From Chthoniobacteraceae bacterium (GTDB taxonomy: Bacteria > Verrucomicrobiota > Verrucomicrobiia > Chthoniobacterales > Chthoniobacteraceae), in contig JANNWY010000042.1 of assembly GCA_031409335.1 (NCBI GenBank), positions 1-58,597 on the forward strand: a stretch of 58,597 nt of DNA, given 5' to 3'. Below, piece by piece: positions 17,470-28,500 of this stretch; position 1 is the stretch's first letter, and each line of letters begins with the position of its first letter. The position numbers were made by a program, and so were the translations under genes. The notes under the pieces are model-generated. The model saw only the letters and a list, made by a program, of their open reading frames with translations, had not been told where the DNA came from and did not search any database.

Positions 17470-19755
17470 CTACTTCTTCTGCTGCGCCATGTCGAACCAG
17501 CTTGGGCCGCTCGCGGGGGCGGGTTTCGCGGGTGGTTGAAAGCGTTGCATGTCGCGTTTGCCGGCTTCGTTTTTTCGGTCGGTGCGCGGGGCGAGATCGA
17601 CTTTCGTTTTTAGCGAAAGGGCGATGCGTTTTCGGACCATGTCCACTTCCATCACGGTCGCTTGCACTCGCTGGCCGACTTTCAGCACGTCGGCGGGATT
17701 TTTTACGAATTCGTCGCTCATCTGGCTGATGTGGACGAGGCCGTCTTGATGCACGCCGATGTCCACGAACGCGCCGAACGCGGTCACGTTGGTGACGACG
17801 CCGGGGAGTTTTAGGCCGGGCTGGAGGTCTTCCATTTTCTCCACGCCTTCGGCGAAAGAGAACGCTTCGAATTGCTGGCGCGGGTCGCGGCCCGGTTTGG
17901 CCAGCTCGGCGAGGATGTCTTTGAGCGTGGGCAGGCCGACTTCTTCGCTGACGTATTTCTGCGGCTGGATACGGTCGCGCTTCGCTTTGTCGCGCAGGAG
18001 TTCGTGAACGTCGCAGCCGAGGTCGCCCGCGATGCGATCGACGAGCGCGTATCGTTCGGGATGCACGGCGCTCGCGTCGAGCGGATGTTCGCCGTCGCGG
18101 ATGCGCAGGAAGCCCGCCGCTTGCTCGAATGCCTTCGGCCCGAGCCCGGTCACTTTCTGCAATTCCTTCCGCGATTTGAACGGCCCGTTCTCATCGCGAT
18201 GCGCGACGATGTTCGCGGCAACGCGCGAGTTCAGTCCGGCCACGTAGCTGAGCAGGCTTTTGCTCGCGGTGTTCAGCTCGACGCCCACGTTGTTCACGCA
18301 CGAAGTCACCACGTCATCGAGCGAACGCTTCAACGCGTTTTGATCCACGTCGTGCTGATACTGCCCGACGCCGATGCTCTTCGGATCGAGCTTCACGAGT
18401 TCCGCCAGCGGGTCCATGAGCCGCCGCCCGATCGACACCGCGCCGCGCACGGTGATGTCGTGATTCGGAAATTCTTCCCGCGCCACTTCGCTCGCCGAGT
18501 AAATCGACGCGCCGCTTTCATTCACCATCACGATCGGGATGGAAGGCGGCAGCCCGAGTTTGCGGATGAACGTCTCCGTCTCGCGCCCCGCCGTGCCATT
18601 GCCGATCGCGATGGCCTGCACGTGGAATTTTTTCACGACCGCCTTCACCAGTTCCCCCGCCTCCGCCGTATCGCGCGCACCTTTTTCGGGATAGATGACA
18701 TCGTTCGCGAGCAGCTTTCCCTGCTGATCGAGCAGCACCACTTTGCAGCCCGTGCGAAAGCCCGGATCGATCGCCAGCATGTTCTTCTGCCCGAGCGGCG
18801 AGGCCAGCAGCAGCTCGCGCAAATTGTCCGCGAAAACCCGGATCGCTTCCTCGTCCGCGCGCTTTTTGTAAAGGATGCGCGCCTCGCCCTCCATCGCGAA
18901 ACCGAGCAGCCGCTTGTAGCAATCCGCCGCCGCCGCCTTCACCTCGATTGCCGCGGGCGAGGTGCCTTTCACAAAGAGCCGTTCCAGCGTGGCCGCCGCC
19001 TCGATTTCATCCGGCGTGAGCCGCGAAAAAAGAAAGCCTTCCGCCTCGCCTCGACGGATCGCCAGGATGCGATGCGAAGGCGCGGCGGACGCCGGTTCGC
19101 TCCAGTCAAAGTAATCCTTAAACTTCGCGCCCTCCTCCTCCTTCCCGCTGATCACCTTCGATTTGATCACGCCCTTGTTCACATAAAGCTCGCGCAGTTT
19201 CGCCCGTGCCGTCGCATCATCGCTCATCCGCTCCGCCAAAATATCGCGCGCTCCCGCCAGCGCCGCCGCCACGTCTTTCACGTCGTATTTCTTCGCATCA
19301 ATCTCGATCTCCTTCCCGATGAAAGGCAGCGCCGCCGCCTTCGGATCAGTCCCCGCATCCTGCGCCCACAGCAGCTCCGCGAGCGGCTCCAGCCCTAGAT
19401 CGCGGGCGATCGTCGCTTTCGTTTTCTTCTTCGGTCGGAACGGCAGGTAAATATCCTCCAGCGCTGTCATCGTCTCCGCCGCGTCGATCTTCGCCCGCAG
19501 CGAATCCGTCATCAGCTTCCGCTCATCCAGCGAGCAAACGATCGCGCCGCGCCGCTTGTCGAGTTCCTCCAATTGCTCCAGCCGATCCCGGATCGCCATG
19601 ATCTGCACCTCGTCCAGTTCGCCCGTCTTTTCCTTCCGATAGCGCGCGATGAAAGGCACCGTCGCCCCCTCTTCCAATAACACCGCGGTGGCGGCGACCT
19701 GCCGCGGCTGGAGCTTCAGTTCCTGGACGATTTTGAGGACGTGTTTTTCGATCAT
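17470..19755 (-). CDS. tex: Tex/YhgF RNA-binding transcriptional accessory protein
   Basis: GATVPFIARYRKE, DPGFRTGCK, VNESGASIYSAS, IGVGQYQHDV and a C-terminal S1 domain. Confidence 0.96.
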   Translation of the reverse strand: MIEKHVLKIVQELKLQPRQVAATAVLLEEGATVPFIARYRKEKTGELDEVQIMAIRDRLEQLEELDKRRGAIVCSLDERKLMTDSLRAKIDAAETMTALEDIYLPFRPKKKTKATIARDLGLEPLAELLWAQDAGTDPKAAALPFIGKEIEIDAKKYDVKDVAAALAGARDILAERMSDDATARAKLRELYVNKGVIKSKVISGKEEEGAKFKDYFDWSEPASAAPSHRILAIRRGEAEGFLFSRLTPDEIEAAATLERLFVKGTSPAAIEVKAAAADCYKRLLGFAMEGEARILYKKRADEEAIRVFADNLRELLLASPLGQKNMLAIDPGFRTGCKVVLLDQQGKLLANDVIYPEKGARDTAEAGELVKAVVKKFHVQAIAIGNGTAGRETETFIRKLGLPPSIPIVMVNESGASIYSASEVAREEFPNHDITVRGAVSIGRRLMDPLAELVKLDPKSIGVGQYQHDVDQNALKRSLDDVVTSCVNNVGVELNTASKSLLSYVAGLNSRVAANIVAHRDENGPFKSRKELQKVTGLGPKAFEQAAGFLRIRDGEHPLDASAVHPERYALVDRIAGDLGCDVHELLRDKAKRDRIQPQKYVSEEVGLPTLKDILAELAKPGRDPRQQFEAFSFAEGVEKMEDLQPGLKLPGVVTNVTAFGAFVDIGVHQDGLVHISQMSDEFVKNPADVLKVGQRVQATVMEVDMVRKRIALSLKTKVDLAPRTDRKNEAGKRDMQRFQPPAKPAPASGPSWFDMAQQKK

Positions 19756-19902
19756 GTGTGCAATGAGGGGCGGGATGATGGGCAGCCAAATCGCGGAGTC
19801 AATCCGCACCGCGCAATTTCACCCGGCCTGCATTCCGCGTCGCGAGCGAGGGTGTGGGACACAGTTAGGTCCACCCCGGACCATCGGCGCACCGCATCCG
19901 CT

Positions 19903-20985
19903 TTATCTCGGGAGATGGTTTGCGTCTGCGCTGCGGACGAGGTGGGCGACGACTTCGATCTCGGCGGTTTGCGGGAACATGTCGAGCGGGGTGACGGATG
20001 AGAGCGTGTAGGCGCTCGCGAGCAGCGCGAGGTCGCGGGCGAGCGTGGCGGGATTGCAGGAGACGTAGAGAATTTCGGAAGGCAGCGCGCCGAGCAAAAT
20101 GTCCACGACACGAGCGACGACGCCGACCGCGGGGGGATCGAGAATGACAGTCGTGCGGGAAGCATCGTGGACGGAAAGAATGTCGCCGAGGAGGGCGGCG
20201 ACATCGCCCGCGACGTAGCGCTCGTGCGGAGCAGCGGTGCGCGTGGCGCGTGCGACCGCGTTCTCGTTTTCCTCGATGCCGATGAGGGTTTCAAAGAGCG
20301 GCGCGAGGCGCTTCGCGAAAATCCCGGCACCGCAATAGGCATCGACGAGCAGCGATTGCCCGCGGCGCACGAGCGATTCGAGCAGCGCGAGCAACTCGCG
20401 GGTGACGCCGGCATTGGTCTGCTCGAAATAGGGTCCGCCGCCGCTCGCGCGCAGCGAGTAATCGCCGTCGCGGACCGCCGCGCCGCGCAGCCGCCGCAGC
20501 GCTTCATTCACCTCGGGAGAGGCGATGGCGCAGTGCTCGACATCGACGATCGAGTGCGCATCGTGCGTGAAAAATCCGGTGACGCCACCGGCCACGTGGA
20601 CGCGAATGCGATTGCGATATTCGTACGGCTCGGGAGCGGGAATCGCGGCGCGCATCGGCACGTCGGCAAGCCGCCCGACTCGGCGGAGCGTCTGCTCGAC
20701 TTGGGCGCTTTTGAGCGCGACTTGGTGCCCATAGGCGATGTGCTGATAGCTGCACCCGCCGCATGTCCCGAAATATTCGCAGCGCGGCTCGACCCGATCG
20801 GGCGATGGCTGATCGACCGAGATCAGTTCGGCTTCGGCAAACTTTTTTTTCTGCTTCACGACGCGGACCGTGGCGACATCGCCGGGCGCGACGAACGGGA
20901 TGAAGAAGACTTTGCCATCGTGACGCGCGACACCTTTTCCGCCGAAGGCGATGTCGGTGATGGTGAGTTGGAGCGTTTCGTTCAT
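19903..20985 (-). CDS. rlmD: TRAM-domain RNA m5U methyltransferase (RlmD/TrmA family)
   Basis: TRAM N-terminus; C...CGGCSYQH Fe-S motif; FEQTN; DAYCGAG; LDPP; YVSCNPATLARD; DMFPQT. Confidence 0.88.
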   Translation of the reverse strand: MNETLQLTITDIAFGGKGVARHDGKVFFIPFVAPGDVATVRVVKQKKKFAEAELISVDQPSPDRVEPRCEYFGTCGGCSYQHIAYGHQVALKSAQVEQTLRRVGRLADVPMRAAIPAPEPYEYRNRIRVHVAGGVTGFFTHDAHSIVDVEHCAIASPEVNEALRRLRGAAVRDGDYSLRASGGGPYFEQTNAGVTRELLALLESLVRRGQSLLVDAYCGAGIFAKRLAPLFETLIGIEENENAVARATRTAAPHERYVAGDVAALLGDILSVHDASRTTVILDPPAVGVVARVVDILLGALPSEILYVSCNPATLARDLALLASAYTLSSVTPLDMFPQTAEIEVVAHLVRSADANHLPR

Positions 20986-20987
20986 GG

Positions 20988-21024
20988 AAAAAAAAGAGGC
21001 TTCCGCGATGAACGGAAGCCTCTT
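20988..21024 (-). terminator. Rho-independent terminator of the TIGR04073-like gene
   Basis: 12-bp stem AAGAGGCTTCCG / CGGAAGCCTCTT with a 7-nt loop; A-run at 20988-20995 reads as a U-tract on the minus strand. Confidence 0.8.
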
Positions 21025-21042
21025 CTGGAAGAGTGTGAAATC

Positions 21043-21456
21043 TTAGTAACCGTAATTGCCGCGCACGTAGCGGTAGCGTGACTGGAAGCCAAGCTCGGGC
21101 GGGAATTCCGACATTCCTCCGTGAATCCACGGCACGTCGCTCTTGTATGGCGCGCGGTAGGAGCTGCGGGTGGTCGGGAACGGGAAGGTGAGCACGTCAT
21201 ACACACCGTAGCGGATGCGCAGCAGGGTCTTGCCGACTCCCCTGATCACGCCGTAGGTGGCCGCTTCGGCGTTGCCTTCGCGGTCATTGATTTTGCAAAC
21301 GGTGTCGAAAATTTCCGCGGAGCCAAATGCGAGATTGGCAATGCCGCGGGCAAGCTTGCGCGTCGGCCCTTGGTCATTCATCGGCGGATCCTGAATGTCA
21401 GCGAAGGCGCTGGCAGCAAAGGCGGTGAGGGCACACAGGGAAAGGAGGGTTTTCAT
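21043..21456 (-). CDS. Exosortase-system-associated protein (TIGR04073-like)
   Basis: Signal peptide, then RKLARGIANLAFG..E...GVYDVLTFPFP motif. Confidence 0.8.
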   Translation of the reverse strand: MKTLLSLCALTAFAASAFADIQDPPMNDQGPTRKLARGIANLAFGSAEIFDTVCKINDREGNAEAATYGVIRGVGKTLLRIRYGVYDVLTFPFPTTRSSYRAPYKSDVPWIHGGMSEFPPELGFQSRYRYVRGNYGY

Positions 21457-21523
21457 GGTTGATGTCGGCGTTATATCGGCGTGATTCGGAAAGGCAATGG
21501 GGGATTTGGAGAAATTTCGGTCT

Positions 21524-22186
21524 TCACACAAAGAAATGCCAGATCCAGCGCAGCGTGGCGACAAAGGCACTCCACCAGAAGCCAATGTAGATCCATGAAA
21601 ATACGCCCACCACGTAACCCCAGAGCACGAGCAGCCCGTCCCGCTCCATCAATCCCGCGGCCAGCAGGATGATCGAAAGCGCCGGAAACCCATTGCTGAA
21701 CGGGATGGGCAGCGGGAGCGAAAGCAGGAAGCCGCCGGACATGATGCCAACGCCGATCAGATTGATGGCCCACGGATGATTCTGCAGGTAATGCATCCGC
21801 GGGCGGATGTGCTTTTCAAAACGCTCCGCGATTTTCGCCAGTGGCGAGATCACGCGGTCGAGCAATTTGTAAGTCAGCGTGCGGCGCAGGAGGAAACCTG
21901 GCAGTCGCGCTTTTTGACCGATCGCGATGCGCAGGCCGAGCAGCATGAGCGCGATGCCGAAAGGGATCGAGAGCCCCGGAGCGGGCACGACGAAGGGGGC
22001 GGAAAGCAGCAGGATGAACATCGCGAAGCCGCGCCCCTGGAGGATGGATTCGAGTTCCGCGATGGTCATGGCGCGACCATTGGCCTCGCGCAAAATCGCC
22101 CGCAAATCCTGCGAGAGCCGACGCACCACTGGCGGGACGGGAGTCTCGCTGGCAGGTGGAAGGACTTCTGGGCTCACCGCGGGCAT
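21524..22186 (-). CDS. exoD: Exopolysaccharide synthesis protein ExoD
   Basis: RGFAMFILLLSAPF.VP.PG; LPLPIPFSN..PA...GLMERDG. Confidence 0.9.
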   Translation of the reverse strand: MPAVSPEVLPPASETPVPPVVRRLSQDLRAILREANGRAMTIAELESILQGRGFAMFILLLSAPFVVPAPGLSIPFGIALMLLGLRIAIGQKARLPGFLLRRTLTYKLLDRVISPLAKIAERFEKHIRPRMHYLQNHPWAINLIGVGIMSGGFLLSLPLPIPFSNGFPALSIILLAAGLMERDGLLVLWGYVVGVFSWIYIGFWWSAFVATLRWIWHFFV

Positions 22187-22232
22187 GCTTTTGCTTTAGC
22201 ACGGATCGAACCTCGTGACACGAGTGTTCGCT

Positions 22233-22925
22233 TCAAATCGCCTCCGGTGGTTTCCCACGATCCGTCCACCAGCCGAGAATCCCGATGGCGGCTGCGAGCG
22301 CGAGCGGAACATAGCGATCCACGGCTGCCAGGAGCTGCCCGAGCTGCCCGACCATCCACGGATCTTTCAAGATCATGTGGGCGGCAACGTAACCGAGCAC
22401 GGCGCCACCGAGCCAGATGATGAAGCGGAATTTGTTCATCATTTTTGCCAGCAATCCGCTCCCCCAGACGACGAGCGGGATCGACAGCAAGAGTCCAAAG
22501 ATCACGAGCTTGAAATCCCCCTTCGCCGCGCCGGCGATCGCGATGACATTGTCGAGACTCATCGCGAGGTCGGCGACAATGATGATGCGGATGGCCTCGC
22601 GAAGCGATGCGCCGGGGCGCGCGTGCTCACTTTCGGGAGCGCCGGGGCGGACCAGTTTCACCGCGATCCACACCAGCACGATCCCGCCAATGAGTTGCAG
22701 GAGCGGGACTTTCAAAAGCTGGCTGATGATGAGCACGAAAAAGATGCGCAGGATCACCGCGCCGGCCGTGCCCCACATGCGTCCCCAGAATTGCTCTCGC
22801 TCCGGCAGCGTGCGCACCGCGAGCGCGATCACGAGCGCGTTGTCGCCCGCGAGCACGAGGTCGATCAGGACGATTTGCAGCCAGCGTCCCCAAAAGGTCG
22901 GATCGGTCAGGAAATGAAAATCCAT
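22233..22925 (-). CDS. TerC-family (YjbE-like) membrane protein
   Basis: IDLVLAGDNALVIALA; IIVADLAMSLDNVIAIAGAA. Confidence 0.92.
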   Translation of the reverse strand: MDFHFLTDPTFWGRWLQIVLIDLVLAGDNALVIALAVRTLPEREQFWGRMWGTAGAVILRIFFVLIISQLLKVPLLQLIGGIVLVWIAVKLVRPGAPESEHARPGASLREAIRIIIVADLAMSLDNVIAIAGAAKGDFKLVIFGLLLSIPLVVWGSGLLAKMMNKFRFIIWLGGAVLGYVAAHMILKDPWMVGQLGQLLAAVDRYVPLALAAAIGILGWWTDRGKPPEAI

Positions 22926-22964
22926 CGTGCCGCTAAAATCTAAAACCGCAGCCGTGCCGCACGT

Positions 22965-24575
22965 CTATTCGGCGCCTTTTTCGGACGTGGATACTTCCAC
23001 GCTTTCCGCCATCACCTCGGGCGGATCGGCGACCTCCGCGGTCACGGCGCGGTCTTCGACCGTCAGTTCCACGTCGGCTTCCGGGATTTCCGGTGCTTCA
23101 GCGGAAGGTGCCACCGCAGCCGGGTCCGCGGCGTCCTGCATCGGCGCGGAAGGCTGCGCGGGCTTTTCCTGCGCGGGTTTTTCCCCAGGGATCAGCGGCA
23201 GATCCAGCGTGCCATCGTGAAACTCGATCACGTGTCCCGCCTGGATGAGATAATGCAAATCGGAGGCCATCTCGGATTTCTTCGGGCCCGACTCCTCGGC
23301 GTCGTGCTGCGCTCCGAGAATCTTCACCGCGAGATCGTGGCGCGTGCATTTTCCCGCCCCCTCGATCGCCGACAAAATCGTGGCGATGCCTTCGGAAAAA
23401 ACCTGCCCTTTCGGCGCGCGCTGCGGACGAATCGACGAGACGAAGACCATCCGTTTGCGGTGTTTGATGTAATGCAGACCTGCGTCGTGAAACGCGGGTC
23501 GCAGCAGATTCACCAGATTCTGCGGAAAGTGTTTTTCGCTTTCCCAACTCGTGCGCAACGTCGCGCCGATCACACGATCATTCGCCGCGCGGCTCGCCGG
23601 CCCGGATGTTTCCAGCGTCACGCCGGTTTTCAGCAGGCCCGGCAGATACTGCTTGCGAAAATGCGCCTCGGCGTCGGCGAGCGATTTGAAGGTGAGCGGC
23701 TCGGGCTCTTGCAACGTCACGAAAGTCGTCGTCGTGCGCGCCTGCTCCTTCCAGTCCGCCACGGCCTGTTCGTCATTCACGACTTCGATTTCGTCCCGCT
23801 GAAATTCCGGGAACGACATCCGCCGGCTGAAGCGCTCCTCGTAAAGTTTCCGCAGCCCCGGCTGGTAGGCGTGATAATTCGTCGGCCCCAGCAGCGTCCC
23901 CGTCGAGCGACAGCGCGCGACGTTTGAAAAATTCCCCTTCAACGGTTCGCCCTGTACGATTTCCTCTTTGTAAAATTCCGCGCGCGCCGCGCGAAAGGCG
24001 TTCCGCTCGATCGCCACCTGGTCGAACGAAATCGGACCATCGCCAATCTGGTAAAGCAGCACGTTCGGATCGAGTGATGTGATCCGCACGCGATGCCGCT
24101 CGGGACGTTCCAGAAAAAGCCGTGCCGTCCCGAACAGCGGATACGCGCGATTGCCGGATTTGATCTGCCGCGTGATTCCGGCGACGCCCTGGGGCTCCGG
24201 CAAGAATTCAATTCGCACATCCGCCGTCCGCACCACGGGCGGCGCAGGCTGGCGATCGCGCGGCTGCTCGAAACTTCTTCCGCCACCACCACGACGATCT
24301 CCCCCGCCCCGATCATCGCGACGACCACCCTTCGGCGGACCACCCGGACGCGGCCCGCGTTTGTCATCGCGCCCGCCGGGACGCGGAGGCCCGTCGCGAC
24401 GCGGCCCGCGATCATTCCGATCCCCGCGCGGCGGTCCACCGCGACGCTCACCGCCATCGCGGCGCGGGCGGTCGCCGGTATCTCCCTGGTAGTCGGCATA
24501 ACGATTCGTCGTCGGGCTTTCCTTCACCCAGTCGGGGAGAAATTTCAGGTCAAATTCGACAGGCGCATCACTCAT
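22965..24575 (-). CDS. Hypothetical protein with RG-rich disordered N-terminus
   Basis: Long [11 protein letters not shown] start, RGG/RRD low-complexity region, globular core ([19 protein letters not shown]), acidic tail. Confidence 0.75.
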   Translation of the reverse strand: MSDAPVEFDLKFLPDWVKESPTTNRYADYQGDTGDRPRRDGGERRGGPPRGDRNDRGPRRDGPPRPGGRDDKRGPRPGGPPKGGRRDDRGGGDRRGGGGRSFEQPRDRQPAPPVVRTADVRIEFLPEPQGVAGITRQIKSGNRAYPLFGTARLFLERPERHRVRITSLDPNVLLYQIGDGPISFDQVAIERNAFRAARAEFYKEEIVQGEPLKGNFSNVARCRSTGTLLGPTNYHAYQPGLRKLYEERFSRRMSFPEFQRDEIEVVNDEQAVADWKEQARTTTTFVTLQEPEPLTFKSLADAEAHFRKQYLPGLLKTGVTLETSGPASRAANDRVIGATLRTSWESEKHFPQNLVNLLRPAFHDAGLHYIKHRKRMVFVSSIRPQRAPKGQVFSEGIATILSAIEGAGKCTRHDLAVKILGAQHDAEESGPKKSEMASDLHYLIQAGHVIEFHDGTLDLPLIPGEKPAQEKPAQPSAPMQDAADPAAVAPSAEAPEIPEADVELTVEDRAVTAEVADPPEVMAESVEVSTSEKGAE

Positions 24576-24738
24576 TGGAATCGTGTTACCCCCTTTTCCG
24601 AAGATTGTAAATGAGCCGCTTCCCGCGTGTTTTTACTTCGTGGAAAAACTCTTAATTATTTATTGCCATCCCCTCCCCTCACTTCTAAAGCGTAACTTCC
24701 AAAACCAACCAAACCACCACTCCACACCAACCATTTTT

Positions 24739-24984
24739 ATGTCGGAAAAATCCATTGAGGAGAAAGTCAAAGATATCATCGTCGAACAGCTCGGAGTGAA
24801 TCCCGAGCAAGTCACCCCGGCCGCTTCGTTCATCGAAGACCTCGGCGCCGATTCGCTCGACACCGTCGAACTCGTGATGGCCTTCGAGGAAGTGTTTTCC
24901 GTCGAAGTGCCCGATGAGGACGCCGAGAAACTCCAAACCGTCGGCGACGTGGTGAAATACATCGAGGACAAGACCTCGAAGTAA
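24739..24984 (+). CDS. acpP: Acyl carrier protein
   Basis: [18 protein letters not shown] phosphopantetheine motif. Confidence 0.97.
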   Translation: MSEKSIEEKVKDIIVEQLGVNPEQVTPAASFIEDLGADSLDTVELVMAFEEVFSVEVPDEDAEKLQTVGDVVKYIEDKTSK

Positions 24985-25013
24985 GCTCCGCTTTTCCAAA
25001 CCAAATTTGCCAG

Positions 25014-25051
25014 GAGCCACGGTGGAAACGCCGTGGCTCTTTTCTTTTTTT
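25014..25051 (+). terminator. Rho-independent terminator of acpP
   Basis: GAGCCACGGTG-GAAA-CGCCGTGGCTC hairpin followed by a T-rich tract. Confidence 0.9.
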
Positions 25052-25115
25052 CCACGACGCGCGTCTTTTTTTGGAACTCCGGCAACTTTTCCCGACGCGC
25101 GGAGTTTTGCCGCGC

Positions 25116-25511
25116 ATGAACCGATTCCTATTCACCATCCCCGTCGCCGCCGCGGCGATTCTCGCCACCTCCATCACCGCCTTCGCCGCGGACGAAAAGC
25201 CGAAAGCACCGGACGCGCCGGAAGCCGCACGCGCCAAACACGCCGCTGGCGACCGCCTCAAGGAAATGACCGAGAAACTCGCGCTCACCGAAGAGCAGCA
25301 GGGCAAGCTGAAGGAGGTCTTCGCGAAATACGCACCGAAAGCCCAGGAAGTCCGCAAAGACACCGCCCTTTCCCAGGAAGACAAGCGCGCGAAGATGACC
25401 GAAATCCGCAAGAGCGAGACGGAGGAAATCCGCGCCCTGCTCACGCCAGAGCAGAAGGAAAAAATGAAGGAAATGCGCGGCGCCGGCAAAGGCAAGAAAG
25501 CCGAGAAGTAA
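25116..25511 (+). CDS. Spy/CpxP-like (LTXXQ) periplasmic protein
   Basis: Signal peptide; LTEEQ and LTPEQ motifs; K/E-rich helical sequence. Confidence 0.8.
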   Translation: MNRFLFTIPVAAAAILATSITAFAADEKPKAPDAPEAARAKHAAGDRLKEMTEKLALTEEQQGKLKEVFAKYAPKAQEVRKDTALSQEDKRAKMTEIRKSETEEIRALLTPEQKEKMKEMRGAGKGKKAEK

Positions 25512-25522
25512 GGTCTTGCCGC

Positions 25523-28500
25523 CTATTTCAGCGTCTCCAAAAACGCGACGAGATCGGCGAAATCTTCGGGCTTTAAGCCGAGCGTCAGGCCTGTCGGCAT
25601 GAGCGATTGCGCGACCGGTTTGTGGGTTTTCACGTCGGCTTTGTTGATGACGTGAGGCTGTCCATCCACGCCGACCAGCGTGAATGCCTCGCCGGTTTCC
25701 TGCCGCAGCGCGCCGATGAATGTCTCACCGCCATTCGTCTCGATCACGCTTTGCTCAAAGCCGAGCGCGATGGTTTTGCCCGGTTCGAGGATCGAGACGA
25801 TGAGGTCGGCGCGTTTGTAAATGCTGCCGACGAGGCTGAGGTCGGGGCCGATTTCTTTGCCGAGGCCGCGCACTTTGTGGCACGTCGCGCAGAGGCCGCC
25901 GAGGGCGGCGGCGGGGTCGTGGAAAAGTTTTTCGCCGCGCGTGGCGTTGCCGGGGTTTTGCCAGGTGCCGTCGGGTTTGGTGGCGAGGGCGTAGGCGCGT
26001 TGTTTGGCGTCGGGCGCGGGTTCTTGGTTCGGCGTGAATTTTCCGCCGTCGAGGCCGGGGATGCGGGCGGCGAATTCCCAGCCTCCACCGACGTTGCCGA
26101 TTTTCACGAGGAGGGCGTTGCGGCCTTTGGTGAAATGGATGGGCACTTCGTCTTGATCGGCGTTCAGGCTGCGGCTGCCGGGGCCGCTGTCGTGCAGCTT
26201 TTTGCCGTTGAGCCACACGGCGATTTGATCGTCGCTGCCGCAGAGCAGCTTGGCGTCGGCGTCTTCGGGCGATTCGATTTCGGTGAAGGCGTAGGCGCAG
26301 ACCATGCCGCTGGTTTTGAAAATCTTCCCGAGATCGACGCGGCCTTCGGTGGCGCTGGCGCTCACGTCGTTCCAGCCGGTTTCTTTTCCTTCGGCATTGG
26401 TATAACGCAACGCGAGGGACTCCGCGACGTGGCTGGCCGCTCCTGCGGCGAGCGGGTTCGACGGCGGTCCCTCCACTTGCCCCGCTCGCCGCTGGAGCGG
26501 CAAGCCACGCAGCAAATCCGCCTCCGGCGGATGCACGGCCTCCCACACATTCTCGAAAGGCCCGATCACCTTCCATTTCGCGATCACCCCGCTGTCGAAC
26601 GCCATGCCAATCTCCTGCGCGAACTCCGGCGGGATTCTCCCGCTCGCGAGATTCTCCTCAATCATCGGCCACGCTTCCGCGCGCATTTTTTTCAGCGCGG
26701 TGAGCGCGCTGCGGCGCTCGCCGCCGCCCTTTTCGCGCAGCGCATCGACGAGAAAAGACAGCGCCTGCGTGTCGGGCATGAGCGCGGCGACTGCATTGAT
26801 CGTTTCGCGGCGGGCGCGTTTGGTTTTGGAAAAATCGAGCAGCGCGGGCAGCGCGCGTTTGTCTTTGAAACTGCCGAGGGCTTCGACGGCGGCGGTTTGC
26901 ACTTTCACGTCTATTTCGGGGCGGAGGAGAGTGAGGAATGCATCAGTCGCACCCGATTTCGGACCGAGTTGTGCGAGTGAATTGATTGCGGCCATTTGGT
27001 CGGCGACATTTCCAGAAACGAGGAACAGCATTAACATAGGCGCGGTTTCGAGCATCCGTAGTTCGCCAGCGGCGACGATGACGGTGTGCCTCGCGGCGGG
27101 CGAAAGTTTATCCAGCGGAAGCTGCGCGATGGTCTTCCTCGCGTCGTCCCCGCCGAAGTGTACGATGGCTTTGATGGCGGTGTCGCGGAAGTCGGCGTCG
27201 GCTTTTTCATCGAGCGCGATCTGGCGGAAGACTTCCATGGCCTGCGGGTCTTTCTGGACGCCGAGGCTTTCGATGAGCTGGCGGCGGATGGCAGGGTCGG
27301 TTTCGCCTTTCAACCTCTCGCGCAGACTCGCGCAGGTACTCTCGAAAAAATTGACGTGCGCGGGTGCCGATTTATCCACCTTGAAATCGGTGAACGCTTT
27401 CGCTGCGACGAGTCGCACTGCGGCGTCTCCATCGGCCAATGCCGCGGTGAGTGCGCCGAGCGCTTTGGGAGTTCCCTTCCAAACGACGTTTGGAATCTCT
27501 GGGAGATTTTTTACTGGTTGCGTCCCCCACCAATGGCCGTCCCACTCTTTGTGTCGGTACGCGATGCGACCAAGTGCGGCGATGGCCCGGATTTTGAGAT
27601 CCTTGTCTTGCTCATTTGCAAGCGCCAGAAAGATCCTTTCAACGTAGTCCCCGGTAAAATTGCTGCCGGGCGCTTGAGGTTGCGAAAAGCTTACCTGCCT
27701 CCAAACCATTTTTCGTGTTAGCGGATCGGGATCGCTTAACAATACTTCAAGCGACCGAACTAGGAGTGGCGCGACCCGTAAGGCCGTGAAACCGACAAAC
27801 CGATCGGTATCTCGAATACGTTCGCACAAAATGTAGCTAATCCTTTCTTCTTCCTCTGACCAAGGTGGCCGATGCAGGCATGCGCTTATCGCTTCCCGTC
27901 GAACCGAGGCATCCCAATCGTTTAATTTTTGGAGAAGGGCTTCACCAATGATCGAGTCATTTTTTGTGTATCCTTCGCCTCCGCCAAACGATCCGAAGCC
28001 TGGCACCTTCTGAAACATCCGAATCGATGCGCAACCAATGCTCGGAAACAAATCGTCCGACGCCTTGAGAAGAATCTGAATCCACTGATTCGTCGTCTCC
28101 TGAATGAGCGCGTTTTGCTGATTCGCTTCCTTCTCTTTGTGAGTGGTTACGAGATCAAGGTTTCTACCCAAGGCTTGGAACGCATTCAACGCGTGCAGGC
28201 GCGCATTCAAGGGCGCATCCAAATCGACAATCTTCGCACCCAGCTTCTTCGTGGTTTCGATGCCGGTTTTTGCCAGCACCCCCTGCGCCCGCAGCCGCTG
28301 GTCGCGGTCGGGATGGGCGAGGGCGGCGAGGAGTTCTTCGACGGTGGCTTTCCTCTCGTCCTTAAGGCGCGGGGCGGGCTGGGCTTCGGGCCAGCTCAGG
28401 CGCCAGATGGTGCCGACGGTTTTGGGGCCTTTCCAGCCGCCCCATTGCCAGTCGGCGATGAGGAGGGAGCCGTCGGCGGCGACGCTGAGCTGCATGGGGC

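Noticed and set aside
24250..24480. Repeat-like GC-rich tract
   Set aside because: It is explained by the RGG/RRD low-complexity protein segment.
26870..28270. Diversity-generating retroelement target
   Set aside because: No reverse transcriptase or template/variable repeat pair is visible, and the region is much longer than a typical VR. A remote system cannot be excluded.
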